36,643 bases of DNA from positions 1-36,643 of the IMG/VR virus record IMGVR_UViG_3300040801_001486; one strand, 5' to 3'. The first letter of the stretch is position 1, and each line of letters opens with the position of its first letter. The stretch comes from a virus. The translations under genes were made by a program, and so were the position numbers. Shown here in pieces: positions 1 through 8,261 of the stretch. The notes under the pieces are model-generated. The model saw only the letters and a list, made by a program, of their open reading frames with translations, was not told where the DNA came from and did not search any database.

Positions 1-117
1 AGCTTGGCCGAAGGTGCTGACGGCAACGTCATCACGCTGACGGGGATGTATCACAACGTCAGCCGCCCACTGTGGGGGAGGATCGTCTAGCGTGAAGATT
101 CAAGGCCGCACCCATGA
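1..117. repeat. Terminal direct repeat, left copy (identical to 36527..36643). It carries the last 90 nt of the 444-aa tail gene and the first 26 nt of the chaperone gene.
   Basis: Base-by-base comparison of the window start with the window end. The stop TAG at 88..90 corresponds to 36614..36616, an offset of 36,526. Confidence 0.95.
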
Positions 118-634
118 ACGCTATCGGGGCATCGTGCAGTTCATCCGCGAGGTGGACGGCGAGTTGTCCGCCATCCAAATCCGCGTGCAGCAGTTGCCCG
201 CCACATGGGACAGCGAAGCCGCGCGGATGTTGCCCGAGCCGCTGGCCAAGCCGAACGGCTGGAAGATGGAGGACGGCGAGCGCGTCCCGAAGTACGACAC
301 CGAAGATCCGGCGTACAAGAAGGCGCACGAGACGTGGACGCAGCGCATGCAGGCCAAGAAGATCCACGACAGTTGCGTGGATGACGGCGTGGAGTTCGAG
401 GCGGACGAGGCGTTGCTGCATGAAGATCCGCCCGCCTACTACGATGCGATCTTCGCGGAGTTGTGCCAGACGTTCAGTCGCGGCGAGCTGAACCAATGGC
501 TGCTGACGGTGAACGCGATCGGCCAGGTGGGAGGATCGGACATCGCCTTGCAAGAACAGGCGATGTTTCAACGGGTCGCGGCCTCTCTCAGAATATCGAA
601 CGTGGCAGAAGACGAAGGCAGCGGAGCCGAGTGA
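92..634 (+). CDS. Tail assembly chaperone (G-like), assigned by position
   Basis: 180-aa ORF with a GTG start preceded by GGGGGAGGA. It lies between the tail tube genes and the tape measure gene and is acidic, as is typical of gpG-like chaperones. No motif-level identification. Confidence 0.55.
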   Translation: MKIQGRTHERYRGIVQFIREVDGELSAIQIRVQQLPATWDSEAARMLPEPLAKPNGWKMEDGERVPKYDTEDPAYKKAHETWTQRMQAKKIHDSCVDDGVEFEADEALLHEDPPAYYDAIFAELCQTFSRGELNQWLLTVNAIGQVGGSDIALQEQAMFQRVAASLRISNVAEDEGSGAE

Positions 635-821
635 ATTCAGCGCCGCCTTCCATGAGCGGCAGGTGCGGAAGGAGTTGGGAATCTACGACGACCGCGAGTG
701 GAAGCGGTTGAGCGTTGAATGTCGTGCGGGGTGGTTCGCGTTCTTTGCTGTCGATGGGTACAGGCTGGAACGTGAGCGCGAGGTGGCGAAGCAAGAGGCG
801 GAAGTGAAGGCGCGGCTATGA
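513..821 (+). CDS. Open +1 (or -2) frame overlapping the chaperone 3' end. Candidate T-like frameshift extension, or a small independent ORF from GTG 663.
   Basis: This frame is open from 513 to TGA 819..821, and the stop overlaps the tape measure ATG at 818 (ATGA). Hand translation from 633 gives EFSAAFHERQVRKELGIYDDREWKRLSVECRAGWFAFFAVDGYRLEREREVAKQEAEVKARL with coding-like high GC3. It would fill the otherwise empty gap 635..817. Confidence 0.4.
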   Translation, partial: TRSARWEDRTSPCKNRRCFNGSRPLSEYRTWQKTKAAEPSEFSAAFHERQVRKELGIYDDREWKRLSVECRAGWFAFFAVDGYRLEREREVAKQEAEVKARL

Positions 822-2731
822 TTCTCAACGAAGGCATCAAGGTCCGCATCGGCGCGGACAATAGCGACCTTCTCAGCAAGCTCAAGGGCGGCAAGCTCGC
901 GGCGGGTGCGTTTGCGACGGCCGTGGCTGCGTCTTTGGCGTCGGTTGCTGTCGCCTCGACGAAGATGGCCGCCCAACTCGACAAAGACTTGCGCCTGGTG
1001 TCTACGCTCGGCGGTGAGGCGGCGGGCAATACGGAACGGCTCCGCAAGGAAGTCCAGGCCCTAGGGCGCGAGTTCGGCCGCGACTTCCGCACGCTGGCCA
1101 CCGCCAACTATCAGGCCGTGTCAGGCGGGTTCAAGTCCATCGCGGACAGCATGGAATTGACGCGAGCGGGTACGAAGCTCGCCGTCACCGGTAACGCTGA
1201 TCTCGTGGGCTCGACGGAGGCCGTCGTCAAGGCCCTCAACGCCTTCGACATGTCCGCCCAGGATGCAGACAAGGCCGCCGCACAACTGTGGGGCATCACG
1301 CGAGACGGTATCATCACGGTGGAGCAGCTGGGCAAGTTCTTGGCCGATCTGCCCGTTGCTGCGGCGTCTTCGGGCATCGAGTTCGAGGAGATGTCTGCGG
1401 CGATCTCGACGCTCACCGCGCAGGGTGTGCCCGCATCCACGGCCATGGATCAGATCCGTTCGGCGATCATCAAGCTCGAAGAGAAGGGCATTACGGGATC
1501 TCTCGTGGAGCGCGTCGAGCGATTCGCGGGGCAGGGCATCGGCGCGCTGACGAAGGCGCTTGGCGATCAGACGGCCGCGCGTGGTGTGCTGGTGCTGGCC
1601 GAGAACCTGGACACGTTCCGTGGCAACGTCGAGGCCGCTGGCGATGTGACGGGCGACTTCAGCGCCGCCGTTGAGACAATGAACAGCGGGCCGATGGCCG
1701 AATGGGACAAGGCCATTCAGGGCCTGAAGTCTGAGATGCACGAGTTCGGGGCGAGCATTCTCCCCGCCGCGACGGCTGCGCTCGAGGCCTTCAACAAGGC
1801 GCTGGCGTGGTACAACGACAACCGGCCGGGCCGCTCGGGCTACTCGTCGCCAGACGCAGGTGGCACCCGATACAAGAACATCTTCGAATTGATGGCCGGC
1901 GGCGATGATGGCGGGGCGGCGGCCCCCAGCAACAAGATGAAGCCGGGCCAGACGTACACGCTTTGGGGCCGTCCGTATGCTGTAGGCGAGGACGGCAGGC
2001 TGGCGCAGCAGGCACCCGCCGACGTCTCACGCCCTGTCCGTGTTGCGATCGCCGAAGTCGAACCGAGCGTGCAGATCGGCGGCGAGATGATGCCGTCAGA
2101 CGGCGGGCGGTTCCTGTTCCCGACGCCAGAGTTCCAGAATCCGAATATCCCAGGGCTGTATGCGCCCGAGCAGCGAGATCCCGATCTCGACTTCATTGCC
2201 GGAGATCTCGACTTCGAAGCCGAAGCCAAGAAGCTTGACGAGGCGTACTCGCAAGTCAACGAGTCGTCACGGATGGCGGCTGCCTCGGCGGGCATCCTCT
2301 CGGGTGCCCTGGGCGGTGCGCTCACGTCGGCGCTTGTGACGGCTGACAGCGCCGTCGGGCGCTTCGTGCAGTCCATCCTAGCCCAGTTCGCGCAGCTCGG
2401 GATTCGCATGGCCTTCGGGGCCATCTTCGGGCTGCCCGGCTTCAGCCGGGGCGGCTTCACCGGATCGGGCGGTGTCGTTCACGAGAACGAATACGTCTTC
2501 AGCGCGGCGGCCGTTCGAAACATGGGCGTGGGCAATCTCGAGCGCATGCACGCATCGGCGAATGCGGGCGCGTCGTATTCGTTCGGTGACATCAACGTGA
2601 CGGGCACGGCAGATCCGCAGACAACGGCCCAGCTCACCGCTGACGCGATCGGGGCCAAGCTGCGCGAGTTGAATACGACGGGGCGCGGCAAGCTCTACAT
2701 GAGCGCGTCACAGAAGCACGGGGGGCGCTAA
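818..2731 (+). CDS. Tail tape measure protein
   Basis: 637 aa. The N-terminal region (…ATANYQAVSGGF…TRAGTKLAVTG…AVVKALNAF…AAQLWGITRDG…) resembles the TP901-type tape-measure core, followed by Gly/Ala-rich hydrophobic segments. It sits directly after the chaperone gene. Confidence 0.9.
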   Translation: MILNEGIKVRIGADNSDLLSKLKGGKLAAGAFATAVAASLASVAVASTKMAAQLDKDLRLVSTLGGEAAGNTERLRKEVQALGREFGRDFRTLATANYQAVSGGFKSIADSMELTRAGTKLAVTGNADLVGSTEAVVKALNAFDMSAQDADKAAAQLWGITRDGIITVEQLGKFLADLPVAAASSGIEFEEMSAAISTLTAQGVPASTAMDQIRSAIIKLEEKGITGSLVERVERFAGQGIGALTKALGDQTAARGVLVLAENLDTFRGNVEAAGDVTGDFSAAVETMNSGPMAEWDKAIQGLKSEMHEFGASILPAATAALEAFNKALAWYNDNRPGRSGYSSPDAGGTRYKNIFELMAGGDDGGAAAPSNKMKPGQTYTLWGRPYAVGEDGRLAQQAPADVSRPVRVAIAEVEPSVQIGGEMMPSDGGRFLFPTPEFQNPNIPGLYAPEQRDPDLDFIAGDLDFEAEAKKLDEAYSQVNESSRMAAASAGILSGALGGALTSALVTADSAVGRFVQSILAQFAQLGIRMAFGAIFGLPGFSRGGFTGSGGVVHENEYVFSAAAVRNMGVGNLERMHASANAGASYSFGDINVTGTADPQTTAQLTADAIGAKLRELNTTGRGKLYMSASQKHGGR

Positions 2732-3192
2732 TGTCTTGGACTTCAACGCAAGTCGTCCGCCTCTATGACGGATCAACGGACTACTACTTCGCGCCCACTG
2801 AACTAGTGTTGAAGACGGGCCGGACGGCACAGTTCGACACGCAGAAGAACCAGGTGGTGCAGGAGTCCGAGTCCGGCGCGATCAAGGTGCTCACGCTCAC
2901 AAGCAACGAAGTCGTCTGGTACGAATTCGCTATCAACCGCATGCCGTACTCCGACCGCACCGTCGGCGCGTTGACGATCCGGGGCACCAACACGCTGTCC
3001 AGCCTGATTCGCTCCACGATGAACTACCGCGAGACGTCCATGCGTATGTGGGCGGCGGGAGAAGCGAAGATCGGCGCGGGCACGATCGTCCGTTACTGGT
3101 CCTCGACGTTCAAGATCGAGAACCTGCGGATGTTGCCCACGGAAGTGTATGGCAACGGCTCACAGATCCTCCGCTTCAGGAAGGACGTTTAG
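2731..3192 (+). CDS. Hypothetical protein, probable minor tail component (by position)
   Basis: 153-aa ORF whose start overlaps the tape measure stop (TAATG). It lies between the tape measure and the large tail protein. Confidence 0.6.
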   Translation: MSWTSTQVVRLYDGSTDYYFAPTELVLKTGRTAQFDTQKNQVVQESESGAIKVLTLTSNEVVWYEFAINRMPYSDRTVGALTIRGTNTLSSLIRSTMNYRETSMRMWAAGEAKIGAGTIVRYWSSTFKIENLRMLPTEVYGNGSQILRFRKDV

Positions 3193-3194
3193 CC

Positions 3195-5741
3195 GTGTCA
3201 CGTACTGCGCTGTCGGCACTTGCGAACACGTCGTCTAAGTTCGTCTTGTGGGCGGACATCAACGACGCCACGACGGGCATCGACGTCGATACGGCGGGCC
3301 AGTCGGGCTTTGATGCGATCGGCACCGTGGACGGCGGGATCGGGCCGGAGTTGGATTGGCGCGGCGGGCTGGCAGCGTGGTCACCCTTCTCGGTGCAAGT
3401 GCTGCAAGGCTTCGAGTCGCTGCCGGGGACATCGACGGATAACAGCTTCGAGAAGTTCAACGATCTGAAGTCGTGGGAGGCCATCGGCCCGTTCTACATC
3501 CCGCACGTTCTCAACGCATCGTCGGGCACGTCGGCCGTGTACATCGGCGCGGGCACTTCGTGGCCCGTGTCCACGTTCGTGCAAGTCTTCGAGGGCTTCT
3601 TGCGTGACGTCGGGCAGGCAGACTTTGGGCCGCTCATCCTGACGTTCGGGCCGCGCCGTGAAGTGATCTTGGCCAAGCAGTTCCTGAACACTCTGTTCAA
3701 CGAGCCGAGTGGAGAAGAGAACTACGACACGCGCACGTCACCGAACGATCGCGAGCAGAACGAGGCGCAGCGCGGCGTAGCGGTGCCGATCCTGTACGGT
3801 GAACTGACGTACGCCGAGACGATCGCGCCGCATGTCACGACGTCGCCCGACGTGTCCACCTATGGGCACGGGCTCATCCTGACGAGTTCGGACAATCGGT
3901 TTTTCCACACGAAGACGTCGAACCCGCAACTGTACATCCCTGATCCTGACGGCGAGCCGTTGAGCGTCGAGCGCACCGATCACGATGGGGATGTGCAATA
4001 CGAGTGGATCGACGGCCTCGATGTCGATGACTTCGATCCGCCGCTGGCGGGGGCACCTTACGCGCCGATTGTGGGCTTCACGGACAACACGGGGCCGACG
4101 GGCACCGGGCGCGCGCGCGAAGGCTTTCTTTGCGTCCGCTCGTCCATCCCGATCGTGCGCGTGGGCTTTGACTCAGACTGGAGTTCAACGTCTGACGTTC
4201 AGCTCGACAACGACGACAACACGAGCGCGTCCAACACGCTGACGGGGACGACGAACGCCAACGTGTATCTGTACACGGCCGCAAGCGATCCGCATGGGCG
4301 CGGGTTCTATCGCGTCTTCCCGCGCTGGAAGTCCACGACGAACACGGCGACGACGTACACAGTGTCGGTGCGCGAGGTGACGTACTCGGGATCGGATCAG
4401 GCTGCCACGAGTGGATCGCCCACTTCGTCCACGGCTGTCTGGAACAACTGGACGTCTGGAACGGGCCTAGAGATCCAGTTCGACAACAACACGACGACGG
4501 GCTTCGATTCGTCGTCCGAAGGCTTGCGCGTCTCGATCCGCCCGAACACGCTGACATCAAGCGACACCATCAACGTCTTCGGCGGCGTGGTGGATCTGTG
4601 GACGGAAGTGCCGTGGGCACAGTACACCAAGCGCATCTACATGACGGCCACGGGCATCGACGACTCCGTGTACCAGTACGATTCGTCCGATCGCCCGAAC
4701 AACCCTGCCGAGATCTTCGCCCACTTCGTGACGGAAGTGCTGGGCGGATCGGTGGATACCGTGGCCGCACAGGCCGCTAGCGCCGACATGGACACCGACG
4801 GCGTGCGGCTGGACTTCCAGCTCACCGACGCATCGGAAACGGGCGCGGACGTGCTCGAGAAGATCGCCACGCAGGGCATGTCCTGGATCGTGCCGAACGA
4901 CGATGACGAGGAAGTGATCCTCTACCGCCCGACGCTCGAAGGCACCGACGCACGAGCCGAAAGCCCGTTCGGCGTCGATGACATCATCCAGGGCTCGTTC
5001 TCGTGGGGCCTGACGCCGCGCGAAGACGTCCACAACGGCGTGACAGTCGAGTACGCATGGAACCCGCTGCGCGGGCGGTACGATGAGCAGGCGATCATCG
5101 CGCCGTCGGATAGCCGCGACGTCACGAACGTCTCCACGTCCGCGAGCGTGTACACGTCGGTGGCCGACAGCATCAACGATCCGAACGCACGTCAAATTCG
5201 GATCAAGGCGGACTTGATCCAGCACACCGGGACGGCCGAGCGTCTGGCGAAGTGGCTGCTGTTGCAGTACGGCCGGCGGCGGCAGGTGGTACAGTTCGAG
5301 CTATTCGCCGAGCATGCGGACATCACGGCGGGCGATGTGATCTACATCGACATGCCGCAGATCCGCGCCTTCGCGTCCGGCAATTCGCTCGTCTACAACA
5401 GCGTGACGGGCTACATCACGTCGAATTCATCGACGCGCACACCGAGCGCAGACGCCGCGAACGGCGGGCTGGGCGCGGCGCATCACCAGGACATGCTGGT
5501 GATCGAATCGGGATCGTTCGCGGGCTCGTATCGCATGCAGTGGGATGGCTCGGGCTTCGATGTCTCGTCACATTCGACGTTCGCGGCGGCATCGTCCACA
5601 AACATCAGTGAGCCGTGGCGCGTGCTTCCGGCTTTCGACGTGCTGTCCGCGCGAGTGGTATTTCAGCAGGGCGTCGGGCCGAAGGTTCAGGTTCGCGCGG
5701 TGGACCATCCAATCTTTTTGCCGCGTGCGGCGGGACTCTAG
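3195..5741 (+). CDS. Large tail hub / host-specificity protein (lambda J / GTA g15-like)
   Basis: About 848 aa from GTG 3195, in frame with the ORF-track entry 3048..5741. AGGAAGGA lies upstream, and this start follows the preceding stop instead of overlapping the upstream gene by 145 nt. The motif VPILYGELTY resembles the (I/V)P(I/V)(V/L)YG signature of J-like tail proteins. Size and position fit. Confidence 0.65.
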   Translation: MSRTALSALANTSSKFVLWADINDATTGIDVDTAGQSGFDAIGTVDGGIGPELDWRGGLAAWSPFSVQVLQGFESLPGTSTDNSFEKFNDLKSWEAIGPFYIPHVLNASSGTSAVYIGAGTSWPVSTFVQVFEGFLRDVGQADFGPLILTFGPRREVILAKQFLNTLFNEPSGEENYDTRTSPNDREQNEAQRGVAVPILYGELTYAETIAPHVTTSPDVSTYGHGLILTSSDNRFFHTKTSNPQLYIPDPDGEPLSVERTDHDGDVQYEWIDGLDVDDFDPPLAGAPYAPIVGFTDNTGPTGTGRAREGFLCVRSSIPIVRVGFDSDWSSTSDVQLDNDDNTSASNTLTGTTNANVYLYTAASDPHGRGFYRVFPRWKSTTNTATTYTVSVREVTYSGSDQAATSGSPTSSTAVWNNWTSGTGLEIQFDNNTTTGFDSSSEGLRVSIRPNTLTSSDTINVFGGVVDLWTEVPWAQYTKRIYMTATGIDDSVYQYDSSDRPNNPAEIFAHFVTEVLGGSVDTVAAQAASADMDTDGVRLDFQLTDASETGADVLEKIATQGMSWIVPNDDDEEVILYRPTLEGTDARAESPFGVDDIIQGSFSWGLTPREDVHNGVTVEYAWNPLRGRYDEQAIIAPSDSRDVTNVSTSASVYTSVADSINDPNARQIRIKADLIQHTGTAERLAKWLLLQYGRRRQVVQFELFAEHADITAGDVIYIDMPQIRAFASGNSLVYNSVTGYITSNSSTRTPSADAANGGLGAAHHQDMLVIESGSFAGSYRMQWDGSGFDVSSHSTFAAASSTNISEPWRVLPAFDVLSARVVFQQGVGPKVQVRAVDHPIFLPRAAGL

Positions 5742-5749
5742 GGGCGGCA

Positions 5750-6094
5750 ATGGGGCAGTTCAGACTACAGAGCGACGGCAACGGGGGTGTCAACGTGGGG
5801 AAGGCCCTCTTGGCCATCCTGCTCGCGCTCGCGGCGGGGATCGGCTTCACGACGGGCGACGTCGGGGACTTCTTCGACGGCCCGCAGAAGGTGCGCGAGA
5901 TCGAGCGCATCCGCGTCGAGCTCGACAACCTCACCACGGAGTTCTGGCGGCACGTCGAGTCCAACATTGATGCCCAGCGTGACGCCGAGAATCAGGTAGA
6001 CGCGCGGCTTGACGAGCTGACGGCCCGCATGGAAGCGCAGACACAGCGCCTGGATGCCATCTACGAGATCTTGGTGCAGCGGGGCGGCAACTGA
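5750..6094 (+). CDS. Membrane-anchored coiled-coil protein (holin-like or i-spanin-like candidate)
   Basis: 114 aa from ATG 5750, in frame with track ORF 5615..6094. It has one hydrophobic helix (ALLAILLALAAGIGF) followed by heptad-like charged sequence. Its stop overlaps the endolysin start. Confidence 0.5.
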   Translation: MGQFRLQSDGNGGVNVGKALLAILLALAAGIGFTTGDVGDFFDGPQKVREIERIRVELDNLTTEFWRHVESNIDAQRDAENQVDARLDELTARMEAQTQRLDAIYEILVQRGGN

Positions 6095-6630
6095 TGGACG
6101 CCCTCGTCTGTCGCATCTATCAGCGGCTCATGCGCGCGCGCAGGAAGCCGGAGGCGGTGGCAGCGGTGAAGAGCGTGGCCGATCAGATCGACATCATAGC
6201 GACACGTCACGGCCTCGATCCGCTGCTCGTGTCGGCCATCGTGCAAGTCGAAAGCGGCGGCAATCAGTGGGCGATGCGCTACGAGCCGCACTTTGAATGG
6301 ATCACCGACGACAGGCCCAAGGGCGTGAGCGCGGCCACGGAGATCGAGCAGCAGCGCACGTCGTGGGGACTCATGCAAGTCATGGGGGCCACCGCGCGGG
6401 ATCTCGGCTGTGATGCGCCGTTCTTGTCGGTTCTGTGCTCGCCTTCGGTGGGCCTGGAGTACGGCTGTCGATACCTCGCGCGGCAGCTCGAGCGGTACGG
6501 GAGCGAGGTGGAAGCTGTCGCCGCCTACAACGCCGGATCGGTTCGGCGAAGCGGTGACGAATTCGTGAATCAGTCCTACGTGGACAAAGTTTGGCGCGTG
6601 TACTCGCGCCTGCGGGGGGATGTCGCATGA
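6094..6630 (+). CDS. Lytic transglycosylase (SLT domain), probable endolysin
   Basis: 178 aa carrying the SLT motifs VESGGN (catalytic Glu-Ser), SWGLMQVMG and AAYNAG in the canonical order. Confidence 0.85.
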   Translation: MDALVCRIYQRLMRARRKPEAVAAVKSVADQIDIIATRHGLDPLLVSAIVQVESGGNQWAMRYEPHFEWITDDRPKGVSAATEIEQQRTSWGLMQVMGATARDLGCDAPFLSVLCSPSVGLEYGCRYLARQLERYGSEVEAVAAYNAGSVRRSGDEFVNQSYVDKVWRVYSRLRGDVA

Positions 6631-6857
6631 GTTACGAGAAGGCAGAACTGGCCGCGCTGGCCGACAAGGTGTTGCAGATGTTCGACGCCGTGCGCGATGG
6701 CGTGAGCTTGGACGATCTCGACGAAGCCGTGGGCCTGCTGACGGCCTTCGGTGCTGCGAGTGACGAGATCAAGCAGGACACGGACGCGGCGTTGCTGCAC
6801 GTCGCGGCGGCCCTGCTCGATCGCGTTGGGGATCGTCGCCTCGACGCCCCGGCGTAG
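6627..6857 (+). CDS. Hypothetical acidic protein (lysis-module neighbour)
   Basis: 76 aa from ATG 6627, which overlaps the endolysin stop (ATGA). In frame with track ORF 6591..6857. Confidence 0.55.
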   Translation: MSYEKAELAALADKVLQMFDAVRDGVSLDDLDEAVGLLTAFGAASDEIKQDTDAALLHVAAALLDRVGDRRLDAPA

Positions 6858-6859
6858 TC

Positions 6860-7096
6860 ATGGGCTGGGCGGCGGCGGCATTCAGTATCCTCAAGGCGGC
6901 GCTCCCGATCCTGAAGGATTGGGCGAAGGGCAACGGTACGGACACCGCGCCCGCCGTGCGGAGGATCGAGCACGACGTGGACAGGCTGACGGAGCAACAC
7001 GATCTCGTCGTGAAGTACCAGGGCGATTTGGTGGCGGACGTCGCCGAGATCGCGGCGGCCGTCGCCCGCATCGAGGCCAAGCTGGCCGAAGAGTAG
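6860..7096 (+). CDS. Hypothetical protein with a hydrophobic N-terminus and a coiled coil (lysis accessory candidate)
   Basis: 78 aa. N-terminal GWAAAAFSILKAALPIL is followed by a charged helical region. It is the last gene before the convergent terminator. Confidence 0.55.
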   Translation: MGWAAAAFSILKAALPILKDWAKGNGTDTAPAVRRIEHDVDRLTEQHDLVVKYQGDLVADVAEIAAAVARIEAKLAEE

Positions 7097-7128
7097 CGCG
7101 CGGGTGGCGGCGGCCTTGGCCCTGCGCG

Positions 7129-7163
7129 CGGAGCCGGGCGGACGTACGAGCCGCCCGGCTCCG
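7129..7163. terminator. Bidirectional terminator-like hairpin between convergent genes
   Basis: Perfect 12-13 bp GC-rich stem (GGAGCCGGGCGG 7130..7141 pairs with CCGCCCGGCTCC 7151..7162) and a 9-nt loop. It lies between the + stop at 7096 and the - stop at 7172. No clear U-tract. Confidence 0.6.
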
Positions 7164-7171
7164 ACACGCAT

Positions 7172-7573
7172 CTACAGGTCAGTGACTCCCAACGCGAGTT
7201 CATCGAACAGCGCGCTCACGATTCGGCTACTCGCATCGGTCGAGCCGCGAAGGTATCGCAGCACCGATTCGGGGTTGCAGTCGGCACGATACGCGACGGC
7301 GGCGGCGACGGTCTTACGGCTCACGCCTAACTCCTCGATTCGGGCGACGATCGACGCGCGAAGATCGGTCGGTGGCCCGAGTGCTTCGACGTAGTAGTCG
7401 GGTTTCATCACGTCGCCGGAGTCGGTGATGAATTGGGCGATGTCCTCAGCCGGCGCGCCACAGACGGCGGTCAGGGCGTCCGCGTACCGATCGCGCGCGG
7501 CCTCGTAGGCGACGGCGTTCCGGCGGTCGGCGTTGCGGGCGGCTTCGTAGGCGGCGGTCAGTTCGGCGTTCAT
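7172..7573 (-). CDS. Leftward regulator with a C-terminal HTH-like segment (repressor candidate)
   Basis: 133 aa, and the only convincing sizeable minus-strand gene. It is divergent from the XRE gene. The segment ELGVSRKTVAAAVAYRADCNPESVLRYLRG looks like helix-turn-helix. Confidence 0.6.
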   Translation of the reverse strand: MNAELTAAYEAARNADRRNAVAYEAARDRYADALTAVCGAPAEDIAQFITDSGDVMKPDYYVEALGPPTDLRASIVARIEELGVSRKTVAAAVAYRADCNPESVLRYLRGSTDASSRIVSALFDELALGVTDL

Positions 7574-7767
7574 CGTTTTGGCTCGCAGTGGCTGCCGGCG
7601 GCTCTATCGTCCGCCCGGCATCCACAGACTACATAAATGTATATCAGGACGCAATACCTAAAAGTAGTTTTTCGGCCGCAGCGGAGAGCGCCGATCATCT
7701 GCGCGAATTCGGCTTGGCTGATGTCGTTCGCTCGTCTGTAACGGCGCACAGCTTCACGTATCAACAT
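7570..7767 (-). CDS. Candidate small HTH protein (65 aa), translationally coupled to the 133-aa leftward gene
   Basis: The internal ATG at 7767 of track ORF 7570..7890 gives MLIREAVRRYRRANDISQAEFAQMIG…, which resembles an XRE-type helix 2/3. Its TGA overlaps the ATG of 7172..7573 (ATGA). The C-terminal third is odd, low-GC sequence, so the call is uncertain. Confidence 0.35.
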   Translation of the reverse strand: MLIREAVRRYRRANDISQAEFAQMIGALRCGRKTTFRYCVLIYIYVVCGCRADDRAAGSHCEPKR

Positions 7768-7979
7768 GTTTCCGCAAGGCTTTCTGCGAGGGCGCGAGGG
7801 GCCAGGATGTAGCGTTTGCGAAAACATACACCCCAGCGTGCGCCAATTCACCCAGTTTCGCAATAGTATACATTGACCAGAATGACACAAAGTCGTGACC
7901 GACTGCGCGCCACGAAGAAATCTGCTCCATCCTCAATATTTCTTATTGAAACTATACAGCAGGGCCGTATCATACACCC
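7574..7979. promoter_or_regulatory. Divergent regulatory (switch) region
   Basis: About 400 bp of visibly lower-GC sequence between the divergent regulators. It contains CATACACCC twice (7825..7833, 7971..7979), AATGTATA in inverted orientation (7636..7643 and 7867..7874), and several -10-like hexamers (TATCAT; TATAGT and TATACT on the minus strand). Confidence 0.6.
7946..7973 (+). promoter_or_regulatory. Candidate sigma70-type rightward promoter giving a leaderless XRE mRNA
   Basis: TTGAAA (7946..7951), a 16-nt spacer, then TATCAT (7968..7973). The ATG at 7980 is 7 nt downstream and has no Shine-Dalgarno sequence. Confidence 0.4.
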
Positions 7980-8261
7980 ATGAACGTGACAGCTGAACCG
8001 ACACCGAACCCGTCCCCGAGCTTCCGCGAATTGCGCCGGGCTGCCGGGCTGACGATGCGCGAGCTGGCCGAAAAGGCCGGCTACGCCAACGCCAGCGGCA
8101 TCCAGGGCGTCGAACGGGGCTCTCAACCGCGCCTGGAGCGCGCGCAGAAGCTGGCCGATGTGCTGGGCGTGACGATCGACGAGCTGAGACTTGCGATCGA
8201 CGCCACCAAGGCCGCCGCTGCGGCGCAGCCGGACGCAGACGAAGAAGCGGGCGGGGAGTAA
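7980..8261 (+). CDS. XRE-family HTH transcriptional regulator (Cro/CI-type)
   Basis: 93 aa. FRELRRAAGLTMRELAEKAGYANASGIQGVERG…AQKLADVLGVTIDEL matches the classical HTH_3 pattern. Confidence 0.85.
   Translation: MNVTAEPTPNPSPSFRELRRAAGLTMRELAEKAGYANASGIQGVERGSQPRLERAQKLADVLGVTIDELRLAIDATKAAAAAQPDADEEAGGE

Noticed and set aside
463-711. -1 frame ORF as the conventional T-extension of the tail chaperone
   Set aside because: Its translation is Arg/Ser/Gly-rich and non-protein-like, and it ends at 711, leaving a gap before the tape measure gene. The other frame is coding-like and ends exactly on the tape measure start.
3048-3194. Upstream ATG 3048 as the start of the large tail protein
   Set aside because: It would overlap the preceding gene by 145 nt, and the extra 49 residues are Arg/Asp-rich off-frame-like sequence. 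GTG 3195 follows the upstream stop and has an SD-like AGGAAGGA.
5787-5999. Embedded out-of-frame ORF inside the TM/coiled-coil gene as an o-spanin
   Set aside because: It has no signal peptide or lipobox (L-x-x-C) context. The sequence is Ser/Arg-rich off-frame translation.
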